Virus record (IMG/VR): IMGVR_UViG_3300029286_000013
Length of the DNA: 64,000 nt
Origin: a virus
Reading direction: 5' to 3' (one strand)
Part shown: piece after piece, positions 28,901 to 37,847 of the stretch
How positions within the stretch are numbered: the stretch's first letter is position 1
How the letters are laid out: each line of letters begins with the position of its first letter
Notes under the pieces: generated by a model
Told to the model about the DNA's origin: nothing
What the model saw: only the letters and a program-made list of their open reading frames with translations
Database searches by the model: none
Position numbers and translations under genes: made by a program

Positions 28901-30702
28901 GTCAACAACGTTGTTATGTTAGCAGTGTTTGCTGTTAATAATGTAGCAATGTTTGCAGTATTTGCTGTTAAAACATTAGTGATGTTAGCATTAGCAACTA
29001 TTAGGTTACCAGAAATATTAGCAAAGTTGGCTGTTATTAAGTTGCCTAAATTAGCATTACCAGATGTGATAGTACCGTTAATATTTGCTACGTTTGCAAG
29101 AATTGTTCCTAAAACGTTAGCATTGTTAGATTGTAAGTTACTAGTAACTTGTAAGAAATTAACAATTGCATAGTTACCTAAGTTAGCATTACCTGTAATC
29201 AAGTTTGCACTAACGTTAGCGTATTGTGTTTCTAAGAACTGGGTGATGTTTGCATTACCTGCATACAAGTTACCAGTTATGTTTGCTGAGTTTGCATTAA
29301 TATTACCAGAAATATTTGCAGTGTTTGCGGTTAATATTCCAAAGTTTGCATAGTTTGCTGTTACTAAGTTACCTAAATTAGCATTTAGTGTAATAATATT
29401 ACCAGAAAAGTTTGCTGTATTACCAGAAATTTCTAAGTTAACAGCTAGATTATTTGTTGTAGTATTACTTGACACACTAACAAAGTTAGCAGTAGCTAAA
29501 TTACCTAAATTAGCATTTAATGCAGAAACGTTACCACTGAAATTACCAACGTTGCCGTTTAAGTTTTGAGTGATATTGGCAGTGCCAGTAACATTTAATG
29601 TATTCGTAGCATAATCAAACGTGAAGTTTGCGCTTGCGCCAAAATTGTTACTACCATCATTGTATTGGATCTGTGTATTTGCGCCGGCTGCTTCTTGTAG
29701 ATCCCAAGGATTACCGTTAGCATATAATAAATTGTTTGTACGAACATTGCCGGCTTGCATTGTATCAGTAACATTAACATTACTTGATACGTTAACAAAG
29801 TTAGCTGTTGCTAAATTACCTAAGTTAGCATTTGTTGATATGATGTTACCATTAACGTCTAAATAACCAACTACGTTTGCGCCATTAGTTGTAATTACTA
29901 GAGTTGTGTTTCCACCAGCAGTAACATTAACGTTACCGTTTGCTACGGGGATACTTAAATTACTAGTACCATTACTTACACCTGATGTGTCGATACCAGA
30001 TAATTGACTACCATTACCATAAAGATAACTAGCAGTGATATTACCACCAATAACTACTTGACCAGATCCATTAGGATTAATATTTAAATTTGCATTTGCA
30101 GTAGTACCAGCAATATTAGAACCTGTAATTTCAATATTGCCAATGTCAGTACCGCTTGGTAAATTTGTTACACCAGTTAAACCAATGTATCTGTAACCAA
30201 CGATATAAAGAACTTTACCAGCAGTCAATGCCGCAGGGATAGTTTCACCGATGAAGTTTAATACACCAGATTCATAATTGTAATAGTATTGACCAGTACC
30301 ACCTGAACCATCAGCAAAGATTTGTGTACCTGTGCTTGTTGGGTTTGCGGCACCTGTATCGTCAACCCAGACTTGAACTACATAAGTTGCACCAAATTCT
30401 TGTGGAATCCAGTTAGTTAATTGTGTTTTCCAAGTTGGGTAAATGCCGCCAACTGGTACTGTTGTGTTATCTGCAATACATTCTACAGCGTTTGCACCAA
30501 CATATGCCTGAACAATATTAGCTACTGCGGCTGCTGGATTGGGAATTGCATTCGCTTGTGTCCAAGCGGTGTCACCGCGATTTAATGCGGGACTAGGGAT
30601 TGATTCGTTACTAGGACTTTTATTTTGTGCAGTGTCAGTTTTAGTGACACCGAAGGCTTGTTTATATAATAGGTCAACGATTTGTGCTTGTGATACGGCC
30701 AT
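25951..30702 (-). CDS. Very long Asn-rich tail fibre-like protein (1583 aa)
   Basis: NANLGNL repeats, DAATKEYVD module shared with 22269..25172, C-terminal beta domain. Confidence 0.75.
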   Translation of the reverse strand: MAVSQAQIVDLLYKQAFGVTKTDTAQNKSPSNESIPSPALNRGDTAWTQANAIPNPAAAVANIVQAYVGANAVECIADNTTVPVGGIYPTWKTQLTNWIPQEFGATYVVQVWVDDTGAANPTSTGTQIFADGSGGTGQYYYNYESGVLNFIGETIPAALTAGKVLYIVGYRYIGLTGVTNLPSGTDIGNIEITGSNIAGTTANANLNINPNGSGQVVIGGNITASYLYGNGSQLSGIDTSGVSNGTSNLSIPVANGNVNVTAGGNTTLVITTNGANVVGYLDVNGNIISTNANLGNLATANFVNVSSNVNVTDTMQAGNVRTNNLLYANGNPWDLQEAAGANTQIQYNDGSNNFGASANFTFDYATNTLNVTGTANITQNLNGNVGNFSGNVSALNANLGNLATANFVSVSSNTTTNNLAVNLEISGNTANFSGNIITLNANLGNLVTANYANFGILTANTANISGNINANSANITGNLYAGNANITQFLETQYANVSANLITGNANLGNYAIVNFLQVTSNLQSNNANVLGTILANVANINGTITSGNANLGNLITANFANISGNLIVANANITNVLTANTANIATLLTANTANITTLLTTANANVTDTLIANIANIFTLNANSFSVSGNISAGNANLGNLVTANYFTGTLANGNSNIAITNNGNINLVSGGNTTLVLTPTGANITGYGNFSSNLTALNANLGNLAEANHFTASGNVSANIVNANYLYGILANGTSNIQIFSNANIAFSANGFANIIVVSELGANVTGYIDANGNVNAGALYSTTLTSKTGALDIYSEQAGNTSINLHAFGTGTVDVGNVRITSLATPTSDFDAATKEYVDAVAQGLNIKASVYVGTAAALPAYTYNNGTAGVGATITASANGALVVDGETISTLGTRVLVKNETAGNAPYNGIYTLTTAGNGSTAFVLTRSLDMNVAAEFDGSFTFISTGATLADTGWVQTAPITVVGTTPVVWTQFSGGGQYQAANGIALNGTLFTANVDGITTEISSGNIVVKANAQFTTPNIGAAIGTSIDLTGNVLVNNIASNGLVSSNTLTITTSANVGSLSVTGNSTTNNLSITNDFGANTGNITGNLSVGNLTVNGNSGFTGNFTANNITANNALSSNTANITTSLVAGNVTSNGLTSTRVTFAGTAGILTDSTNLTFITDTLSTVNANLTGNVIAGNLTSNALTATHVTFAGTGGLLAGDSQFTYAAIGDLLTVGNANVGANINAGTLVNSPNVTVTSLTSGRITFADTNGLLVDNANLLYDSFWDRITTGQGNFTANLIAANLTSNNLSNGRVTFSNTGGQLVDASTFTYDVVVDLLTVGNANIGAFANVTGNLTTGNITTTGTANIGTLSMVGTSNLGPISNVTITGGSNGQFITTNGSGGLSFATISVSSISNGNSNVSIPNANGNIEFSVAGNANVVIFTGTGANVNGYLSVSGNTTGANLITAGVVQSNTANISTFVTLGNTNIQWGTATTTAITAGQVIASVAVSGITGVEFLVKGVDATGGKYSVTTVQAVTDGTTVADYATYGTVLVGGLSTGTLSVALNGSNIELQVTPASTNSTVWTTQFRTI

Positions 30703-30704
30703 GA

Positions 30705-33251
30705 TTAGTTACTCGCAGTTTGTAATGATAATGCAGTCACCGATTGACCGCTTGTTAGTGCTATCCTAACATAAATTTCGTTTGTTGCAGTACTAGAACT
30801 ACTTACAGTACCAAAAGTAGCAGTTACCGACTTATTTGTTTGTGCAGAATTTAATGGGGCAACACCTCCTAATGCACATCCATCAGATCCGTTACCACCT
30901 GAGCCAATGTTTTGACCAGGAGCGCCTGAACCTGCATATGCAACACTCATATCTATCCAGCCGTTAGCGCCAGATGTTGAGTCAATGATACTTCCCGGTA
31001 ATGCTACCCACATACCAGCAACTGTGCCAGTCCATTTAACATCAAATTTAGAAACTGATGTTCGAACAATCTTAAATGTAAAGTATTGTGTGCCAGCACG
31101 ACCTGAACTTAAGTTAGGTCCAACTGGTAAATAACCAGTTGAGTAATTAGTCTGATCGTGTTTTAGTATATTTGCAACTACTGTTGCATCGTATACTTCT
31201 AATGTACTTGATTGGCTGTTGAAGTTTGCTTCACTACCAGTGAATGTAGGTGTATTACCTGAACCCGGGTTATCAATTCTAACTGCTAAACCAGATCCAC
31301 TACCAACCGTTGATCCAACGAATACGTTTGCTTCTTCAATTCTAGTAGCACTACTTACAGTACCTGTTTTGTATAACACGTTTGCTCCAGGACTAAATGA
31401 TTGTGTTCCAGTAGCATAACTGTTTAGTGCGCTTAATGAAGGTGCACCAGAACTTGCGCCAAATCCAGAAATAATTGTTGAGTTTGTATTTGCTGTTAAG
31501 CTACCAGAGGCAACATATAAGTTTTGTGCTAAAGGTGTACCAACACCTGCTGTTGTGTATGTAACGCTTGTAGGAGTACCAAAAGCACCACCTGCAGTTC
31601 CAGTAACAAATGTATCACTTACTGGGTACATATTACCTGATAAACGATTTACGTTAAATGCCAAGTTAAATGCATTTGTGTTATCATAGTGAGGAACTGT
31701 ACTTGAATAAGCATAGCTTGGTGATACCGGTGCATTAATACTTGTTGAACTAAACTGTGGTGTACCTGGGGCACTTGAGTCATAGAACCAGAAAGGAATA
31801 TTTGTGTTTGTTGCGGCACTGTCAGCAATGTACACTTCGTTCCAACCCTGAGTTACTGTTCCGCTGGCTCTAGCAGAGAATACACTCCAGAAGCCAGCAG
31901 GAATATTTGCATTAGCAACATTGTAATCATAGTTATTAAATATAACCAAATTACTATAAGTTCCGTTACCGTCAAGATTTGCAGTTAGTGTTCTAGAACC
32001 TGCAAGTGTACCATTTAGATATGTAGCAATTGTTCCGCTATCTCCGGGGCCCACTGTAGAAATATTTGATGTTGTATAGCCACTTGCTCTTAGTACGCTT
32101 GACACTGTAGTTCCACCGGCTACACCTTTATTCGCACCTGATGTATTATCAGTCTGTGTATAGTTAGCCATACGGAATGTTGACAAACCAGTAATACTTA
32201 ATGTTTGTCCACCCGGGAAACTTGATGGAGAATTAGGAACTAGTTTGCCTAATACGTTATTCAATAATGCAATAGCATTTGATACCGATGAACTGTTTGT
32301 TAGTGTTACTGCATTACTTACTAGATTACCTTGGGTTGGATCACCCAATTGTAAACCTGTACTACCACCTACTGTATTTGCAATAACTACTAATCCAGTA
32401 CCATTTGGAGCCAAGTTTAAGTTAGCATTACTTGCTGTTGCAATGACACCGTCTTCAATTGTAACGTTACCTGTAGTAGTAAGATTTCCATCAACTGTTG
32501 CCCTATTGTTAGAAACAACGAATACGTTTGCTTGACCACCAACACCAAATAGAATATTACCATCTATGACAGGGATACTGATATTTGAAGTACCATTACT
32601 TAAACCTGATGTGTTTAATCCTGTTAATTGACTACCGTTACCAATAAAGAAGTTACCAGTAACATTACCAGTTGCACTAACTTGGCCGGCTGTTGTAATA
32701 TTTCCACCAGAAACATTGCTTGTAGCAGATACAATACCACCTGTGAATAAGTTAGCACCAGTTATATTTCCGGATGCAGTAATTAACGTTGTACCAATAT
32801 TTCCAATATTTGCATTACTTGATATATTTGCAAAGTTAACTATTAGTAAGTTACCAGCATCAACATTACCTGCAACTAAGTTACCAGTTAAGTTACCAGT
32901 AGTACCGTAAAAACCAGTAGCACCAATATTGCCAACGTTGGCATTACCTGATACACTTAAATTTCCTGTGACATTTGCACCTGTACCACTTACAACCAAT
33001 ACGTTTGCGTTACCGGTTGACGATATTTCTATGGCACCGTTCGCTACAATAATTATATTAGAGTTACCGTTTATAAAGTTACCGGTAAAGTTATTTGATG
33101 TAGTGAGATTTCCTAAATTAGCATTTAGGGCAGTAAGATTACCGGCAAAATTACCAAAATTACCTGTAACGTTGCCTGTATTACTGATGACGACATTCGG
33201 CGATTCCCCGATAGAGAAACCGCTTACCGAATTAAATGGTTGTAGTGCCAT
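30705..33251 (-). CDS. Fibre/baseplate-associated structural protein
   Basis: Asn-rich repeats N-terminally, Ser/Thr-rich beta C-region; 2-bp gap to the next gene. Confidence 0.7.
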   Translation of the reverse strand: MALQPFNSVSGFSIGESPNVVISNTGNVTGNFGNFAGNLTALNANLGNLTTSNNFTGNFINGNSNIIIVANGAIEISSTGNANVLVVSGTGANVTGNLSVSGNANVGNIGATGFYGTTGNLTGNLVAGNVDAGNLLIVNFANISSNANIGNIGTTLITASGNITGANLFTGGIVSATSNVSGGNITTAGQVSATGNVTGNFFIGNGSQLTGLNTSGLSNGTSNISIPVIDGNILFGVGGQANVFVVSNNRATVDGNLTTTGNVTIEDGVIATASNANLNLAPNGTGLVVIANTVGGSTGLQLGDPTQGNLVSNAVTLTNSSSVSNAIALLNNVLGKLVPNSPSSFPGGQTLSITGLSTFRMANYTQTDNTSGANKGVAGGTTVSSVLRASGYTTSNISTVGPGDSGTIATYLNGTLAGSRTLTANLDGNGTYSNLVIFNNYDYNVANANIPAGFWSVFSARASGTVTQGWNEVYIADSAATNTNIPFWFYDSSAPGTPQFSSTSINAPVSPSYAYSSTVPHYDNTNAFNLAFNVNRLSGNMYPVSDTFVTGTAGGAFGTPTSVTYTTAGVGTPLAQNLYVASGSLTANTNSTIISGFGASSGAPSLSALNSYATGTQSFSPGANVLYKTGTVSSATRIEEANVFVGSTVGSGSGLAVRIDNPGSGNTPTFTGSEANFNSQSSTLEVYDATVVANILKHDQTNYSTGYLPVGPNLSSGRAGTQYFTFKIVRTSVSKFDVKWTGTVAGMWVALPGSIIDSTSGANGWIDMSVAYAGSGAPGQNIGSGGNGSDGCALGGVAPLNSAQTNKSVTATFGTVSSSSTATNEIYVRIALTSGQSVTALSLQTASN

Positions 33252-33287
33252 GTTATTATCCTTGTTATATTATATTTATCATTAGGG

Positions 33288-35351
33288 TCAAATATCATAC
33301 GATTGAATTGATATTTTGTGTACTATATTATTGTTCGTTGTCGGTGTGACATACAGAACAAATTGTGGTGTAACAGAAATATTACCCGGCAAATAAGCCA
33401 TTGAATAGTACCCTGTAGCACCGTTAACAGCTAATGTGCTGTATTCATTGTATTGGTAAGCCTCTCCTAAAAAGATTGAAGATATTTTACTTACCTGTCG
33501 TGTGTTTGCAGTTGTGTCAGTTGCGATGATTGTAAAATCTGCACCTGATATTGTATCCGCTTCAATAGAATACAACTCTTGTGTTGCGTTGCTACTTGTT
33601 ATCGCAAAGAATACATTAGACCGAGAAAAAGCGTAAACACCTGATCCCAACGTTAATGCATTCGCAATTAAATTACCAGCGACCTGAACATTGTTGGTGT
33701 TTTCATTAAATGTAAAGAAAGAACTACCATTAAACACGCCCTGGTCATTGTATTGTACTTGTGTATTAGAACCACCAGGTGTTCCATTTCCACCGCCACC
33801 TCCACCTGCTGTCCAACTTAAATTACCTGCACCATCAGTTGCTAATACATAACCATTTGTTCCACCCTGAATATGTAAATTAGATACTGAACCTAAATTT
33901 ATATTTGGAGACATTGTTGCATTAATATTACTTGATGCTGTTAGTACTCCAGTGATATTAGTTGTGTATAAATTTGCAGTAGTGTTGACTGTTAATACGT
34001 TTGAAATAGAAACAGTGGTTGTGTTAATAGTAGGTACCGCTAATACATAACTGAATGGATTAAACGTGAGGTTTGCGCTTGCGCCAAATACACCATTATC
34101 ATTAAATTGAATCTCAGTTGTATTACCACCTGGTGTACCATTCCCGCCACCTCCACCTGCACTCCAACTTAAATTTCCTGCACCGTCCGTGCGTAAGAAA
34201 TATCCGGCAACACCGCCACTGATATGTAAATTAGCTACAGTACCTAATGTAACATTTGGTGCAGCCGTAAAGTTTACGTTACCAAGAGAAGTAATAGTAC
34301 CTGTATTAGTTACAGTAACTATACCTGATAAATTAGTAGACCCTGTTATATTAGCATTTAGTGCATTGAAGAATTGATTTGCAGTAACATTAGCACCAAT
34401 AATATTGGCTGTTGCTGTAACATTACCCGAAGTATCTACGTTAAGTAGTGTACCAACACTTGTAATATTTGGTTGACTGCTTACAGTTACATTACCGGCA
34501 TAGTTTGCAAAGTTTGCTAATGGACTGTAATTTGCATTACCTACACCAGTTAAGAATGCACCATTACCAAAATAGAAATTAGCTGTTGCACTGTTTCCTA
34601 AATTAGTATTACCTGCTGTTATATTTCCAGTAACACTTAAATTGGCTAATGTACCAACTGATGTAATGTTTGGTTGAGCATTTGTTGTAACTGTCCCTGC
34701 TGTATTTGCATTTCCGTAAAATCTACCTGTAAAGAAGTTTGCAACAGCACTGTTTCCTAAATTAGCATTACCTGCTGTAACATTTCCTGCAACACTTAAA
34801 CTAGTTAATGTACCAACACTGGTAATATTTGGTTGACTACTTACAGTTACATTACCGGCATAGTTGGCAAAATTAGCAGTTGTAGCTGAGATACCAGTTA
34901 ACTGACTACCGTTACCTATTAAATAATTTGCTGTAATATTACCGGATGCGGTAATTCTAGCAATAGTTATGTTACCGGTGCCAATGAAATTATTAGATAC
35001 AATGTTACCTGATACAGATAAAATATTGTTTATACTGTCATAGGTAAATCCAGCATCACCGCCAAAGTTGCCAGCGTTGTTATATTGAACCTGTGTATTA
35101 GAGCCACCTGGACTACCGTTACCACCACCGCCATTGCCACCGGGTGCCCAAGTTAATCTGCCTTCACCATCTGTTTGTAAGAAGTATCCGTTCTCGCCAC
35201 CGGTAATAATAATATTACCAGTTGGGCCTAAATTTGTTATACCGGTGACTGTTAAACCGTTTAGGGTGGCTATGCCGTTATCATCTATAACTACTATTGG
35301 TGGTATGCCTACTGATAATCCACCAACTAAACCAAAAGGTTCAAATGCCAT
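33288..35351 (-). CDS. Tail fibre-like protein
   Basis: Three GG.xGY.L.TDG.G.L.W...PGG..T..Q.N modules and QPNITSVGTL repeats. Confidence 0.72.
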   Translation of the reverse strand: MAFEPFGLVGGLSVGIPPIVVIDDNGIATLNGLTVTGITNLGPTGNIIITGGENGYFLQTDGEGRLTWAPGGNGGGGNGSPGGSNTQVQYNNAGNFGGDAGFTYDSINNILSVSGNIVSNNFIGTGNITIARITASGNITANYLIGNGSQLTGISATTANFANYAGNVTVSSQPNITSVGTLTSLSVAGNVTAGNANLGNSAVANFFTGRFYGNANTAGTVTTNAQPNITSVGTLANLSVTGNITAGNTNLGNSATANFYFGNGAFLTGVGNANYSPLANFANYAGNVTVSSQPNITSVGTLLNVDTSGNVTATANIIGANVTANQFFNALNANITGSTNLSGIVTVTNTGTITSLGNVNFTAAPNVTLGTVANLHISGGVAGYFLRTDGAGNLSWSAGGGGGNGTPGGNTTEIQFNDNGVFGASANLTFNPFSYVLAVPTINTTTVSISNVLTVNTTANLYTTNITGVLTASSNINATMSPNINLGSVSNLHIQGGTNGYVLATDGAGNLSWTAGGGGGGNGTPGGSNTQVQYNDQGVFNGSSFFTFNENTNNVQVAGNLIANALTLGSGVYAFSRSNVFFAITSSNATQELYSIEADTISGADFTIIATDTTANTRQVSKISSIFLGEAYQYNEYSTLAVNGATGYYSMAYLPGNISVTPQFVLYVTPTTNNNIVHKISIQSYDI

Positions 35352-35447
35352 TGTTCATCCTAAATTTATGTGATATATTATTTATCAATAAATCTGAATG
35401 AATACCATAGAAAAAAACACCCAGGTGTGCTTTTTATTAAATAGTTG

Positions 35448-35813
35448 ATGCTTATAAGACAGCCAAACAGACCCCTATGTATAAATTGCAATGTATCATT
35501 GGCAAAACCCAATGGTGTGAGTAAACACGGCTTTACCAAGTGGCACAAGTACTGTGTTGATTGTGCTAAGGGTGCATATAACAGTAAGTTTGGTTACTTA
35601 CTACACAAGAAAGATAAGTGTGAGAAGTGTGGCTTTGTACCAGAAGACAAATGCCAACTTGATGTTATCTATAAAGATGATAACAAGAAGAATAAAGATA
35701 AACGCAATCTAAAAACATTGTGTGCCAACTGTAATAGATTACATCAGAAAAAACTAAAAGAAAAACGTAAAAGTATTTTGGATATTACAAGCGACACTGA
35801 TTATACTATTTAA
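35448..35813 (+). CDS. Zn-finger/HNH-fold protein, catalytic His apparently lost
   Basis: Four CxxC pairs; QLDVIYKDDN...NLKTLCANCNR. ATG at 35448 lies 4 nt after TTAAATA. Confidence 0.6.
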   Translation: MLIRQPNRPLCINCNVSLAKPNGVSKHGFTKWHKYCVDCAKGAYNSKFGYLLHKKDKCEKCGFVPEDKCQLDVIYKDDNKKNKDKRNLKTLCANCNRLHQKKLKEKRKSILDITSDTDYTI

Positions 35814-36187
35814 TAGCTTTTTTCCTCAACAATCGTGCTACCTACAAGTTTGTTGATTTGTTTTTTAAGACTGGAACGCAAATCGTTTTTAAGATAGACT
35901 TGTCTTGCGGCATTAATAAACGCATCATCAAATAATTGTTCTTTTTCAGATTGGCGTTTGTAGTTTTCAATATGCCAAAGCTCTACATTGACTTTGTATA
36001 GTTGTTGTTGCAGTGGATCTACATTATTCAAATCTAAGTTTAACTCATCTTTAAGTTCTTCTAATGATTGAAGTTCTTTTTCAATGTTAACCAACTTATC
36101 TTTATCTTTGATAAGCTTTGATTTAATTTTTAGTATGGTAATTTTGTCAATCAGTTCACCTACTGATATTGGAGCAAGTACAATCAT
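35810..36187 (-). CDS. DUF6165-like protein
   Basis: PISVGELIDKITILKIK...LW.IE..R...F...AR.VY..ND.R..LK..IN...GS.IVEEKSY. Confidence 0.75.
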   Translation of the reverse strand: MIVLAPISVGELIDKITILKIKSKLIKDKDKLVNIEKELQSLEELKDELNLDLNNVDPLQQQLYKVNVELWHIENYKRQSEKEQLFDDAFINAARQVYLKNDLRSSLKKQINKLVGSTIVEEKSY

Positions 36188-36191
36188 ACGT

Positions 36192-36899
36192 TTATATAGT
36201 ACGTATTTTAGCTAGCCTAAAAAATTTAAAGATTGATAACCACATATAACCCATATCAAACTCAAACCATTTTCTACTTAGCTTAGGATTTGCTGGTTCT
36301 AAATGATGATTGTTATGTAGTTCTTCTCCACCTATTATTATTCCCCAAGGACTGATATTACGACTATGGTCTTTAGTCTCTCCATTACGATACCCTATCC
36401 AATGTCCTATGCCATTGATTACGCCGGCTGCCCAGAATGGAATCCATATCATTTGTATAGCCCAAATTAGTATTCCCCACCATGAAAAACAAAGTAAATT
36501 TACAAGCAATAACAAAACAATTCCTAAACGACTATGCTTACTGTATACATTTTGTTCCACCCAATCATCAGGTGTTCCTACACCATATGAATTTACCATT
36601 GTTTTATCTTTACTAGCAGTATGGTATAACAATGCTCCTTTGAACAATACATTGTATATTCCAAAAACGTGAGGTGTATGTGGATCTCCCTCAACATCAC
36701 TATATCTATGATGTTTGCGATGTATTGCTACCCATTGTTTAGTAACCATACCGGTTGTCAACCACAACCAGAATCGCATAAAGTGACTGAGTATAGGATT
36801 AAATTGTATTGCTTTATGTGCTTGACCTCTATGTAAGAATAGAGTAACACATACTATAGTGATGTGTGTAACTATTAAGGTATATAATAATTCGTTCAT
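36192..36899 (-). CDS. Fatty acid desaturase, proteobacterial DesA-like
   Basis: TLFLHRGQAH, WVAIHRKHH..SD..GDPH, GGEELHNNHH, WFEFD.G. Confidence 0.93.
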   Translation of the reverse strand: MNELLYTLIVTHITIVCVTLFLHRGQAHKAIQFNPILSHFMRFWLWLTTGMVTKQWVAIHRKHHRYSDVEGDPHTPHVFGIYNVLFKGALLYHTASKDKTMVNSYGVGTPDDWVEQNVYSKHSRLGIVLLLLVNLLCFSWWGILIWAIQMIWIPFWAAGVINGIGHWIGYRNGETKDHSRNISPWGIIIGGEELHNNHHLEPANPKLSRKWFEFDMGYMWLSIFKFFRLAKIRTI

Positions 36900-36917
36900 T
36901 AGATATTTATCACCAAC

Positions 36918-36942
36918 AAAAAAGCACCCCGAAGAGTGCTTG
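36918..36942 (-). terminator. Rho-independent terminator, UUCG loop
   Basis: Minus strand AAGCACTC-TTCG-GGGTGCTT followed by a T run. Confidence 0.85.
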
Positions 36943-36975
36943 ATTGTAACTTCCCATCCCGTTGAGATATTGTAT

Positions 36976-37737
36976 TTATGCTATCTTACGCTTTTTGCCA
37001 CCAAGTTGCCAACCATCATCTAAGTAACTGTGTAGTGTGTCTTTCTTTACTTTCTTCTCGGTATTGTCTTTGTTGATACTTATGTTGCCTAATACTGCGT
37101 TGGCTACATTAGCTCCGTGTGTTTTAACTTTTGCTACACCTTTTTGTTTTACTGACCGTTTAATCTTTTCTTCTTCACTCATAGGACCTTTAGGTTTTCC
37201 CGTTGAAGCTAAACTTTGTTTTTGTCTAGTTTCTTCACTATGTGTATAACCTGCTCTACTTTCTTTCCATTTTGTAATTGTTTCTTCTGACTTAGGTGCT
37301 CTTTGTAATGCGGCATTTCTTAGATTTTCTCTATGTTCATCTGTTATCTCTACTCCACCTTTATTCCAAGGAACAAGGTTCTTAGACTTCATTAGTTTAG
37401 AATGATACTCCGCGTGTTCTATTCTATATTTTTCATAAACTCTTGCAGTAAAAATAGTTTGATATCTTTCTTGGTGTTCATTTTCTGCCCTCATCCCCAT
37501 TAGAGCATACACCATCTTATGATAGTATTCACCCTCAGTCATTTTTACTAATAGCCAATGACAAAGAAAATGTTCTCTACAAGACAAATATACTAGATTA
37601 CTTTTATCATTACTTCCTCCTAATGATTGAGGAATAATATGATGCCGTTCTCTACCTCGGGCTTTTTTCCAGCCTCGTTGAACTGCTTTCTCAATAGTTG
37701 AGAAGTATACTTTGGAATAGAATTTATTTGTGAACAT
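36976..37737 (-). mobile_element. Free-standing HNH homing endonuclease with NUMOD3 repeats
   Basis: ERHHIIPQSLGGSND.SNLVYLSCREHFLCH, HSEETRQK repeats. Start MFTNK is 5 nt after ATAAATA; the upstream ATG at 37764 is also possible. Confidence 0.85.
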
Positions 37738-37780
37738 AATAGTATTTATGCCAATACTTGACATTCCACTATTATATCAT

Positions 37781-37806
37781 AAAAAAGAGTGCCGAAGCAC
37801 TCTTTT
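37781..37806 (-). terminator. Terminator after gp23, UUCG loop
   Basis: Minus strand AAAAGAGTGC-TTCG-GCACTCTTTTTT. Confidence 0.9.
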
Positions 37807-37847
37807 GATTGGTGATTGTCCCTAAAGACAATCGGATGTACCCAATT

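Noticed and set aside
22360-35373. Long plus-strand ORFs (up to 350 aa) inside the fibre genes
   Set aside because: Antisense shadows of repetitive, codon-biased genes; Pro/Val/Leu-rich with no RBS or motifs.
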